Origin: Candidatus Krumholzibacteriia bacterium
Lineage (GTDB): Bacteria; Krumholzibacteriota; Krumholzibacteriia; LZORAL124-64-63
Length of the DNA: 64,000 nt
NCBI GenBank assembly: GCA_041908585.1
Contig: JAYRFB010000236.1
Coordinates: forward strand, 8,277-72,276
Reading direction: 5' to 3'
The notes under the pieces were generated by a model, which saw nothing but the letters and a program-made list of their open reading frames with translations, ran no database searches and was not told the origin of the DNA. Position numbers and translations under genes: made by a program. Shown here piece by piece: positions 55,514 to 63,779 of the stretch; position 1 is the stretch's first letter, and each line of letters starts with the position of its first letter.

Positions 55514-56112
55514 CAGCGGCATCCGCAGGTGGTGGGCGCCGGCGCCTCGCAGCACCCGGCTTTCTCGACGGGGTCGCAGCAACTCGCCAGTTCCGCGGGC
55601 GCGCAGCAGGGTTCACTGTCCGGGCTCATCGTGGCGACCTTGCCGGCGAAGTACCGGCGCAGGTTCTCGGGCACTTCATAGGGACCGGAGGTGCCGGCGT
55701 TGGCACCGGAATCGCCGACGAGCTCCCGCAGCAGCGCCTCGACGAGAAGCCCCACCGGCGCCTCCATGTACTCCTGGCCCCGGTAGGGCCAGACGCGGCA
55801 ACTGATACCCTCGTCGCACCCGCACAGGTCGGTGCAGGAGTCGCAGCTGCTTTCGAGCGTCTCGATCACGATGTCCCTGCCGTTGATCCGCACGGTCGGC
55901 GAGGTGACGAAACGGTGCCGCCGGGCCTGTTCGTCCGACGTGATGACCCGCTTGGTCACCGTCACCCGCGTGCCCGTCGCCTCCAGCGCGGGGCGCACCG
56001 CGCCGATGGCTTTCTCGATGTTCTCCAGGGTCCCCACGCAGCGGGTGCAGGTGGTCAGGTCGAGCGCCAGAAGCTCGATGTCGACGGCCGGTTCGGACAA
56101 GTGACTGTTCAT
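55513..56112 (-). CDS. DUF2703-like thioredoxin-fold protein with Cys-rich C-terminal tail
   Basis: Start MNSHLSEP. It contains LALDLTTCTRCVGTLENIEKAI (CxxC) and SSCDSCTDLCGCDEGISC. The tail is EPCCAPAELASCCDPVEKAGCCEAPAPTTCGC. Confidence 0.7.
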   Translation of the reverse strand: MNSHLSEPAVDIELLALDLTTCTRCVGTLENIEKAIGAVRPALEATGTRVTVTKRVITSDEQARRHRFVTSPTVRINGRDIVIETLESSCDSCTDLCGCDEGISCRVWPYRGQEYMEAPVGLLVEALLRELVGDSGANAGTSGPYEVPENLRRYFAGKVATMSPDSEPCCAPAELASCCDPVEKAGCCEAPAPTTCGCR

Positions 56113-56733
56113 GGTCTTCTCCCTGCGGTTTCCGGGTCCGGAGCCCGGCACCACGCCCGGCTCTCACTCCGGTAGACGGGAAGAGACCCGAAAGGACGCA
56201 GATCCCGTCGGCGTCGCCGCTCACAGGGCCCGACCCGGCCACCGCGTCATCTCGGAATTGGCGGGACTCGACACGGATATAGTATACCATTCTTGTCGTC
56301 TATCGTCAGTTCCGGGTGGGGCCGATGCGCCTTTGCCGACACGCCGCCATGCGCCTTTATTTGACCTATTATCGCCCGCGCGGGCGCAATAATCACAAAG
56401 AATCACGCCGCGTGGCCTCTCGCGGGCTGGATCCGGCCACTGCGCCTCGGTCCGCCCGGAGCGCGCCGGCGATTAGGACTTGTGGTGTCGGCATTAACCG
56501 ACGATATTGCGCCCACATGGCGCCCGGCCCCGAAGGCCGGCCCCCATGCCGCCTGGACGCTTCCTCCGCCCCCTGGCCTGGACCCGTACCGCGCGGAACG
56601 CCGCTCGACGCGGCGTCACGAGGCTGCGGGATCTCCGCTTCCACGTCGAAACACCATCAGCGCGTTGGCGCTTTGGGCCTCGGTCTGCCGTCGGCAACCG
56701 GGCCGGATCGCGCCGGCGCGCAGGGCAGGGACC

Positions 56734-56961
56734 ATGGGCAAGCCCAAGGACCAGCGAGGCCGCCTGGCCGAGGAGCCGTTCGCCTACCAGGCGACGGCCG
56801 ACGGCAAGGTCTTCATCACCTGGCAGGGCCGGCAGGTCACGATCCTCAGGGGCGATGACGCGCAGGCCTTCCTGAAGCGCGCGACGGGCCGCGATGCCCG
56901 CGCGCAGCAGCTGGCCATGGCCAAGGCGACAGGCAATTTCAAGCGCGGGAACGAACGATAG
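56734..56961 (+). CDS. Small hypothetical protein (75 aa)
   Basis: MGKPKDQRGRLAEEPFAYQATADGKVFITWQGRQVTILRGDDAQAFLKR... The region upstream of this Met in the same ORF looks non-coding. The gene lies directly upstream of the helicase. Confidence 0.5.
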   Translation: MGKPKDQRGRLAEEPFAYQATADGKVFITWQGRQVTILRGDDAQAFLKRATGRDARAQQLAMAKATGNFKRGNER

Positions 56962-56992
56962 GCGTCCCGCGCCAATCACAGGAGACTTCCAC

Positions 56993-58519
56993 TTGAGCAA
57001 CGTAACGACTGACTTCACTTCCTTCGCGCTGGACCGCCGCCTGCAGGCCGCGGTCGCCAAGGCCGGCTACGCGAAGCCGACCCCCATCCAGGCGAAGGCC
57101 ATCCCGGTCGTCCTGGAAGGGCACGACGTGCTGGGCCTGGCGCAGACCGGCACCGGCAAGACGGCGGCGTTCATGCTGCCGATCGCGCACCGCCTGGCCA
57201 ATGGGCCGCGCCTGCTGGGCAAGCGCGCGCCGCGCTGCCTGATCCTGGCGCCGACGCGCGAGCTGGCCGACCAGATCGCCCAGGCCGGCGCCCAGTTCGG
57301 CGGCGCCGTGGGCCTGCAGGGCGTGGCGCTGTACGGCGGCGTCGGCAAGAGACCGCAGGACGAGAAGCTGCGCCGCGGCGTCGACGTGGTCGTCGCCTGC
57401 CCCGGCCGCCTGCTCGACCACATCGACTCGGGCACCATCGACCTGCGCGCCATCGAGGTGCTGGTCCTGGACGAGGCCGACCAGATGTGCGACATGGGAT
57501 TCCTGCCGGATGTGCGCCGCATCATCGCCCAGCTGCCGGCGCAGCGGCAGACGCTGTTCTTCTCGGCCACCATGCCCAAGGACATCCGCGAGCTGTCCGA
57601 CCGCATCCTGCAGCGGCCGGTGGTGGTCGAGATCGGCCATTCGCGCCCGGCGGCCACCGTGGCGCACGCGCTGTACCCGCTGCGCGAGAACAGCAAGGGC
57701 GCCTTCCTGCTGGAGATGCTCCAGCGCGAGGCCACCGGCAAGGTGCTCGTCTTCACGCGCACCAAGCGCCGCGCCCGCCACCTGGCCGAGGTCCTGGAGC
57801 GCGAAGGCCACCGCGTCAGCGCCCTGCAGGGCAACATGACGCAGAACCGCCGCCAGGCCGCCATCGAGGGTTTCAAGAAGGGCCGCTACGACATCCTCGT
57901 GGCGACCGACCTGGCCGCCCGCGGCATCGACATCAGCGCCATCTCACACGTCATCAACTACGACATGCCCTCGACCGTCGAGGCCTACACCCACCGCATC
58001 GGCCGCACCGGCCGCGCGGAACTGACCGGCGAGGCGTTCACCTTCACCACGCCCGAGGACGAGGGGCTGGTGCGCGGCATCGAGCGCGTGCTGGGCGCGC
58101 GCATCGAGCGGCGGATGCTGGACGGGTTCGATTACGGCTCGACGCCGCCGCGGGCGGGGCGGCCAAAGATGGAGCGGGATGGGAACTGGACGCCGCGCGG
58201 AGTGAGCGTGCCGGCTTCCGAGGCGCGGACGTCGCGGGGCGGGCGCGGGGAGCGGGGGGCGCGTGATGCCGGCGATTCGCGTGGCTCGCGCGGTTCGCGC
58301 GGTTCGCGGGGCGATGGACGTCGCGAGGGTTCGCGGCCGCAGGCGCCGCGCGACGGTGGGCGGCCTGAGGCGCGGCGCGAGGGCGGGCATGTCGCAAGGC
58401 CGGTGCAGACCGCCCGGCCGGCGGCCGCCGCTGAAGTGCGGCGCGACAAGCCGGCAAGCGTGGCCGCGGCGCCGGCGGCGCCGAAGCCTGTGCGGCGGAC
58501 GTTCGGGCGGCCGCGGTAG
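56993..58519 (+). CDS. rhlE: DEAD-box ATP-dependent RNA helicase (RhlE-like) with Arg/Gly-rich tail
   Basis: TTG start 7 nt after AGGAGA. Q-motif is PTPIQ, then AQTGTGKT, DEAD, SAT and HRIGRTGRAE. The C-terminal tail is basic and low-complexity. Confidence 0.9.
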   Translation: MSNVTTDFTSFALDRRLQAAVAKAGYAKPTPIQAKAIPVVLEGHDVLGLAQTGTGKTAAFMLPIAHRLANGPRLLGKRAPRCLILAPTRELADQIAQAGAQFGGAVGLQGVALYGGVGKRPQDEKLRRGVDVVVACPGRLLDHIDSGTIDLRAIEVLVLDEADQMCDMGFLPDVRRIIAQLPAQRQTLFFSATMPKDIRELSDRILQRPVVVEIGHSRPAATVAHALYPLRENSKGAFLLEMLQREATGKVLVFTRTKRRARHLAEVLEREGHRVSALQGNMTQNRRQAAIEGFKKGRYDILVATDLAARGIDISAISHVINYDMPSTVEAYTHRIGRTGRAELTGEAFTFTTPEDEGLVRGIERVLGARIERRMLDGFDYGSTPPRAGRPKMERDGNWTPRGVSVPASEARTSRGGRGERGARDAGDSRGSRGSRGSRGDGRREGSRPQAPRDGGRPEARREGGHVARPVQTARPAAAAEVRRDKPASVAAAPAAPKPVRRTFGRPR

Positions 58520-58533
58520 TCCGGCGGCTTCGC

Positions 58534-58577
58534 GTGCGCCGGCGTACGTCCCGCACTGGGGCTTGCGCCGGCGCAAG
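58534..58577. repeat. REP-like palindrome pair (GTGCGCCGGCGtAC ... CTTGCGCCGGCGCAAG)
   Basis: It begins 15 nt after the helicase stop, in a convergent intergenic region. Confidence 0.8.
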
Positions 58578-58612
58578 TGGGCCCGAAGACCCAGCAGGCC
58601 GCGCGCAGATCT

Positions 58613-59920
58613 TCAGCGGAACATCGACTTGAGGCTACCGAAACCCTTCGGTTGCGCCGAAACCGCGCCAGTCAGGCATGGGCTCCATTGAACGTAGTAG
58701 TACGGCGGGTCCGTGTGGTCACTACTGTCATATATCCATGCCTGGATGCTGTCCGCATCCGATGTGCCCCACCAATTGTTCGTGAAGTCCATCCGCGCCG
58801 CAGGCCCGACGTCGAGCCGTCCCGCACCCGCCGACTCATCCGGGGGGTAGCTCGAGACGATGTAGCGGCGCCCTTTGGCAAGATTGCAATTGTGGAACGA
58901 ACCCTGGCCATCAAATGCCCAATACTTGTAGGTGGCCTCCGAAACGCCGGTGAAGTTGCATCCGTTGACGCTCAAGACTGCCAGGCGGCTGTCCTGATAT
59001 ATGGCAACTTTCTGCGCCGAGAAATCGCAGTTCTCAATTCTTGCCGCGCCGAAATAGCCACCGACTCCATAGTCGCCTTGGCCGGCGAACTGGCAGTTGG
59101 CAACGATGCATGAGTCGACACCGCATGCGATGCCCGTTCCACCGGATTCAAAGGTGCAATTGACGACCGTGACGGCGCGCGCATACAAACTCATGTGGCG
59201 GCTGGCCACCACCGGGTTCGGCAAGCTGAATGTGCACCTGGACACCACAAGTTCATTCTGCTGATAGGAGATCAGGTTGATTGCATCGGCTGAACCACCT
59301 TCGAATACACAATTCTCTACCGCAGATTGGTTCGAATTCAGATCGGCGCCTCTGCGATTGCCTTCAAAGGTGCAATTGACGAAATCAGACGAGGCGCCCA
59401 TGCCCACAAAGGCGCCGACTTGCATGTTCCTGAACGCCACGCCCCGCACGCGCAGGACTTCATTCCCAAGGTAACGATCGCTCACCAGGCCTTTGTGATT
59501 TCCCTGAGAGAGCTCATACGGTTCCTCTTGGCCGATCGACGTCAGCTCCGGGCCGTTGCCAATGATGGTCAACTCAGCTTGCGGGACATGAACCCGAACA
59601 TATGCTGTCCAGCCCGGCGTGGACAGCATGTGCTTCTCGGAAAACAACCCTGCCCCAACACGAATCGTGTCCCCGGTAGCCGCGGCATCAACAGCATTCT
59701 GAATCACCTGGTAATCGCCGGTGCCATCCTTTTCGACATGCCAGGTCTTGGCGATCGACTTGGCCGAAAGGCCGAGCAGAGACAATAGCACCAAAGTTGC
59801 GCCAGTGGCGCGACCGAATCCGCTCCTGGCTCGGCGTGGCGTTCGCAATCTCGCACCTCGAAATCGGTTCGGCTGCGCCGCAATTGCGCTCCCCGGCCGT
59901 GTTTGCTGGTCGCTAGTCAA
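58613..59920 (-). CDS. Secreted right-handed parallel beta-helix protein, NosD-like, ending in GFGSLKSMFR
   Basis: 435 aa with repeated turns (NCTFEGN, NCVFEGG, RCTFS, NCTFESGG, NCQFAGQG, NCDFSA, GCNFTG, NCNLAKG), then TNNWWGTSD. The TTG start overlaps the permease stop. Codon usage is atypical: 27 of 51 hand-counted codons end in G/C. Confidence 0.8.
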   Translation of the reverse strand: MTSDQQTRPGSAIAAQPNRFRGARLRTPRRARSGFGRATGATLVLLSLLGLSAKSIAKTWHVEKDGTGDYQVIQNAVDAAATGDTIRVGAGLFSEKHMLSTPGWTAYVRVHVPQAELTIIGNGPELTSIGQEEPYELSQGNHKGLVSDRYLGNEVLRVRGVAFRNMQVGAFVGMGASSDFVNCTFEGNRRGADLNSNQSAVENCVFEGGSADAINLISYQQNELVVSRCTFSLPNPVVASRHMSLYARAVTVVNCTFESGGTGIACGVDSCIVANCQFAGQGDYGVGGYFGAARIENCDFSAQKVAIYQDSRLAVLSVNGCNFTGVSEATYKYWAFDGQGSFHNCNLAKGRRYIVSSYPPDESAGAGRLDVGPAARMDFTNNWWGTSDADSIQAWIYDSSDHTDPPYYYVQWSPCLTGAVSAQPKGFGSLKSMFR

Positions 59921-60644
59921 GGATCATCTCCGAACGCCTGAACCTGGCGACAGCAAGTCGGATCGCAATCAGGGCCACGACGCCGACCACACCAACGGCC
60001 ACAGCCACGATCGGTGCGGCGCCACCCGCCAGGATATTGGCGGCCGCGCGCGATTCCCAGGCGTCCGGGGTCAACTTGACCGCGACGGTCAACAGCAGCA
60101 CCAGCACGAGCGGCAACCGCCCGAGCAGCTGCTGGGCCTGGCGCACCGTGGCCGAGGTCAGCGACACCAGCGCCCCGAACCCCGACGCCATCGCCGCGCT
60201 CAGGATGCTGACAGCCAGGTTGCCGACAAGGAACAGCGGCGAGTAGAGAATCAGCCCCCCCTGCCCGTGCACGAGGTTGACGGTCACCAGCCCGACCAGC
60301 ATGACGATCCAAGTGATCGCCACGGCATAGGCAGCCAGCGCGGCGAGCTTGCCGAAGATGATGGCGCGATCCGGGAGACGGCTGGACAGGAGCGTCTCCA
60401 GGGTGTGCCTTTCGCGCTCCCCGGCAAACGAGTCCGCCGCCGGCGTGCCGGCCAGGACGGCCGGCAGCCACGCCCAGATAAACAGGTACATGGGCGATTC
60501 CGCCCATTCGGCGCCCGCCTCGATCGGCAGGTAAATGCCGACGACCGCAATGAGCACAACCAGGCCCAGGTCACGCCGGCCGCGCGATGACGCGCAGATC
60601 TCCCGCCATTCCTTCCAGATGACTGCGCGGACGTCCTGCATCAC
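59913..60644 (-). CDS. ABC-2 type transporter permease
   Basis: 243 aa with six hydrophobic segments. FAGERERHTLETLLS is the motif typical of ABC-2 permeases (NosY/NatB-like). The start overlaps the ATPase stop. Confidence 0.85.
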   Translation of the reverse strand: MMQDVRAVIWKEWREICASSRGRRDLGLVVLIAVVGIYLPIEAGAEWAESPMYLFIWAWLPAVLAGTPAADSFAGERERHTLETLLSSRLPDRAIIFGKLAALAAYAVAITWIVMLVGLVTVNLVHGQGGLILYSPLFLVGNLAVSILSAAMASGFGALVSLTSATVRQAQQLLGRLPLVLVLLLTVAVKLTPDAWESRAAANILAGGAAPIVAVAVGVVGVVALIAIRLAVARFRRSEMILD

Positions 60645-61576
60645 CGGTCCTCCTCCATGAGCGACAGGTAGGCCTCCTCCAGGCTGCGATCGGGCTTCCT
60701 GACCTCCTCGATCTCCGCGCCCATCTCCACCGCCAGTTTCACCAGCGAGGGCACCGCTTCCGCGTCGCCGAGTTCGATGACGAGCCGGTTGCCCTCGCCG
60801 ATGGCGGCCACGACACCGCTCCTCGCCCCCAACTCCCGCAGCAGGCTTTCGGACGCGACGCCGCGCCCCAGGATCTCCACGCGGGGCGACACGCGGCGCC
60901 GACGCAGCTCATCGGGGCTGCCGACCGCCAGCAACCTGCCGCGGCGGATGACGCCCACCGAGGTGCACAGCTTCTCCGCCTCGGCGAGGTTGTGGGTGTT
61001 GATGAACACGGTGGTTCCCTCGCCGGCGACCATGGCCTGCAACGCCGACCTCAACTCGACGGCGGCTTCGGGGTCCAGCCCGGCGGTCGGCTCGTCGAGG
61101 ATCACCAGCGGCGGGCGGTGGAACACCGCGCGCGCGATGGCCAGCTTCTGCCGCATTCCCCGGCTCCAGCTTCCCACTCGCTCGCGTCGCCGATCCCAGA
61201 GTCCCGCGCCGCCGAGGAGCTCCCTGATCCGGGCCTCGCGCTCGCCGGGCCGGAGTCGCCAGATGCGCCCCTGGAATTGCAGGTTCTCCTCGGCGCTCAG
61301 GCGTTCATAGAGACCGGAATGCTCGCACAGGACGCCGCATTGCTGCCGCACCGCCGGCGCCTCGGTCCGGATGTCATGCCCCAGCACCACGGCCGTCCCC
61401 GTGGTCGGCGCCACCAGGCCCAGGAGCATCCTGATCGTCGTCGTCTTGCCGGACCCGTTCGGGCCAAGGAATCCGAATACGGAACCCGGCTCGATATCCA
61501 GGCTGAGATCATCCACGGCCTTGAGGGAACCGAAATCGCGGCCCAGGTGCTCGATCCGGATGGCTGCTTGCACCAA
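60641..61576 (-). CDS. ABC transporter ATP-binding protein
   Basis: 311 aa. Walker A is GPNGSGKTT, the signature-like motif is WSRGMRQKLAIA, and Walker B is LVILDEPTAGLD. Confidence 0.9.
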   Translation of the reverse strand: MVQAAIRIEHLGRDFGSLKAVDDLSLDIEPGSVFGFLGPNGSGKTTTIRMLLGLVAPTTGTAVVLGHDIRTEAPAVRQQCGVLCEHSGLYERLSAEENLQFQGRIWRLRPGEREARIRELLGGAGLWDRRRERVGSWSRGMRQKLAIARAVFHRPPLVILDEPTAGLDPEAAVELRSALQAMVAGEGTTVFINTHNLAEAEKLCTSVGVIRRGRLLAVGSPDELRRRRVSPRVEILGRGVASESLLRELGARSGVVAAIGEGNRLVIELGDAEAVPSLVKLAVEMGAEIEEVRKPDRSLEEAYLSLMEEDR

Positions 61577-61718
61577 GGCTCATCTCCCGATCCGGTATTC
61601 GCATTCGTGGATAGTCTGTTCGGAGCAATGGCGTCCGACGCGTTGAGGGCAAGCCATGATGCGATGATGAGTGTTCCACAGCGGCCATCTGCAGGTCAAC
61701 GATTCAACGCTCGACGAC

Positions 61719-61732
61719 TTGCGCCGGCGCAA
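61719..61732. repeat. REP-like palindrome TTGCGCCGGCGCAA
   Basis: An exact 14-mer within the 570-bp non-coding stretch upstream of the ABC operon. Confidence 0.8.
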
Positions 61733-61856
61733 CTCGTTCATTCCGACTTCGAATCGAACGCCATCGGGTCGAAGAACCAATGCCCCAGCCTGTATCGCGG
61801 CCGAAACACCGCCGATTGCCCGACTCCCAGCGCTCGCCCCGCCATCAGGGCTTGCA

Positions 61857-61900
61857 GGTTGATCAACGCTCATCCTTCCGTGAACAGCGGACCGCCCCAT
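61857..61900 (+). repeat. Possible degenerate relative of the 48-nt element
   Basis: GGTTGATCAACGCTCATCCTTCCGTGAACAGCGGACCGCC. The palindrome has no spacer, and the GAAC.GCGGACC tail resembles GGAACGGACC of copy c. Confidence 0.3.
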
Positions 61901-62070
61901 TGTACCGCCCGATGTGCTGGTCGCGGGCACACCTCGAAATATTGCCCGACTGCTGCCCTCGTTGGCTGAGCGGACTCTACCCGGACGGCCTCCATGTTGA
62001 ACCGAGAATCGCCCCGCGGGCGCCCCGGCAAGGCTCGAGATATTTTGTTAATTATCAATTAGTTAATATT

Positions 62071-62167
62071 ATATGTGGCCAAAAGTCGCCTCTGGCTTAT
62101 GGTTTTGGCCAGATAAGACAAATCATATATGGCCAAAACTTGCTGAATGATGTATGTTTTGGCCATG
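62071..62167. promoter_or_regulatory. Two tandem 54-bp units, each an inverted pair TGGCCAAAA-N18-TTTTGGCCA, ending on the ATPase start codon
   Basis: Arms lie at 62076, 62103, 62130 and 62157, with 27-bp half-site spacing. The units ATATGTGGCCAAAAG...TATGGTTTTGGCCAGATAAGACAAATC and ATATATGGCCAAAAC...TATGTTTTGGCCATGAATAACAAAGC align. An AT-rich tract lies just upstream at 62041..62070. Confidence 0.7.
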
Positions 62168-63658
62168 AATAACAAAGCACCAAAGAGCCCCCCACCACGC
62201 CCGTCCGCGACGTCACCGATCACCGGCCGCGTTGCCGAGGTGCAAAAGTTGGCCCAGGCGCTGGCCTCGGCCGACGCCGAGTTCGTGGCCATCTACGGTC
62301 GCCGCCGCGTGGGGAAGACGTTTCTCGTGCGGGAGTTCTTTGGCGAGGCCATCTGCTTCGAGCTGACCGGCATCCACGGGGTATCGCGGGCCCACCAGCT
62401 CGAGAACTTCGCCTCTGCCCTGGGCCGGGCCAAGGGGCTCGACGAGAAGCTGCACCCGCCCGGATCCTGGCAGGAAGCGTTCGAGCAGCTGGCAAGGCAC
62501 GTGGAAGCGCTGCCCGCACCGGCTGCCGGAAGCAAACATGTGCTGTTCCTGGATGAGCTGCCCTGGCTGGATACGCGGCGATCGAATTTCTGCCCTGCGC
62601 TCGACCACTTCTGGAACAGTTGGGCGTCCCGGCGCAAGGATGTGCTGCTGGTCGTGTGCGGATCGGCCGCCGCGTGGATGATGCGGCGGATCGTCGAGGC
62701 CCGGGGCGGGCTTCACAACCGGATCACGCGCAGGATCCGGTTGCTGCCGTTCACGCTCGGGGAGACGGCGGAATTCCTCAAGTCGCGGGGCATTGAGCTG
62801 ACGCCGTACCAGGTGATCGAACTCTACATGGCGATCGGCGGTGTCCCGCATTACCTTAAGCTGGTCGAGCCGGGCCTGTCGGCGTTCCAGATCATCGACC
62901 GGCTGTGCTTCTCGCCCCAAGGCGAGTTGCGGGGTGAGTTCGACCGCCTCTACGCCTCGCTGTTCGACAGCGCCGAAGAGCACCTCGCCATCGTGAGAGC
63001 CTTGGCGGCCAAGCGCGAGGGGCTGACCCGAAACGAATTGCTGGCGGCAACGGGTCTTCCCTCGGGGGGGGCGGCCAGCCGATACCTCGACGAACTCGCC
63101 GAATCCGGGTTCATTCACCCAGCCGTTCCCTTCGGAAGACGGGAGAAGGACTCGCTCTACCGGTTGTCGGACGAGTTCTCCCACTTTCACTGCACCTGGA
63201 TCGCGCCGCTGGGAAAGCGAAGCCCGGGGAGCGACCACTGGCTGAAGCAGCGCCAATCACCCAAGTGGCGGGCCTGGTCGGGATACGCTTTCGAGGGGAT
63301 CTGCCTGAAGCACGCGCATCAGCTCAAGGTCGCACTGGGCATCAGCGGGGTTCAGACCACGGACGCGCCCTGGCGGCATCATCCACGCGCGGGCGAGCCT
63401 GGCGCGCAGATCGATCTGCTGATCGACCGCGCGGACGACACCATCACCTTGTGCGAGATGAAATTCTCGGAGGGCGCGTTCAGCATCGACAAGCGCTACG
63501 CCGAAGAGCTGCGGCAAAAGCGCGAGACCTTCCGCCAGGTGACCGGCACGCGAAAGAATCTCTTCATTGCCATGGTGACTACTTATGGTGTCGCCGACAA
63601 CGCCCATGCAAAGGAACTGGTCGCCAACTCCGTCACGGCCGAGGCGCTGCTGGGTTGA
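62165..63658 (+). CDS. Orphan ATPase (archaeal-ATPase/AAA type) with DUF234-like PD-(D/E)xK-type C-terminus
   Basis: ITGRVAEVQKLAQALASADAEFVAIYGRRRVGKTFLVREFF (Walker A), Walker B VLFLDELPWLD, and the C-terminal segment AQIDLLIDRADDTITLCEMKF (D...E-x-K). Start taken at the Met overlapping the last operator arm; an alternative start is at 62147. Confidence 0.8.
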   Translation: MNNKAPKSPPPRPSATSPITGRVAEVQKLAQALASADAEFVAIYGRRRVGKTFLVREFFGEAICFELTGIHGVSRAHQLENFASALGRAKGLDEKLHPPGSWQEAFEQLARHVEALPAPAAGSKHVLFLDELPWLDTRRSNFCPALDHFWNSWASRRKDVLLVVCGSAAAWMMRRIVEARGGLHNRITRRIRLLPFTLGETAEFLKSRGIELTPYQVIELYMAIGGVPHYLKLVEPGLSAFQIIDRLCFSPQGELRGEFDRLYASLFDSAEEHLAIVRALAAKREGLTRNELLAATGLPSGGAASRYLDELAESGFIHPAVPFGRREKDSLYRLSDEFSHFHCTWIAPLGKRSPGSDHWLKQRQSPKWRAWSGYAFEGICLKHAHQLKVALGISGVQTTDAPWRHHPRAGEPGAQIDLLIDRADDTITLCEMKFSEGAFSIDKRYAEELRQKRETFRQVTGTRKNLFIAMVTTYGVADNAHAKELVANSVTAEALLG

Positions 63659-63779
63659 GGCAACCGCCCCCACTGGCGCCCCGCCCCCCTCTCCTTATCA
63701 TGTGCTCTCCCCGCCCGCGCGCCGCCCGCCGCCGCGCCGGCGCTCCCGATAGACCCGCCCCCGACGAAAGGCGTCCGCC

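Noticed and set aside
61580-62058. ORFs of 60-116 aa in the 570-bp gap upstream of the ABC operon (61580..61930 minus, 61671..61862 plus, 61870..62058 minus).
   Set aside because: They have no motifs, mixed codon bias and mutual overlap. I treat the region as non-coding or decayed sequence.
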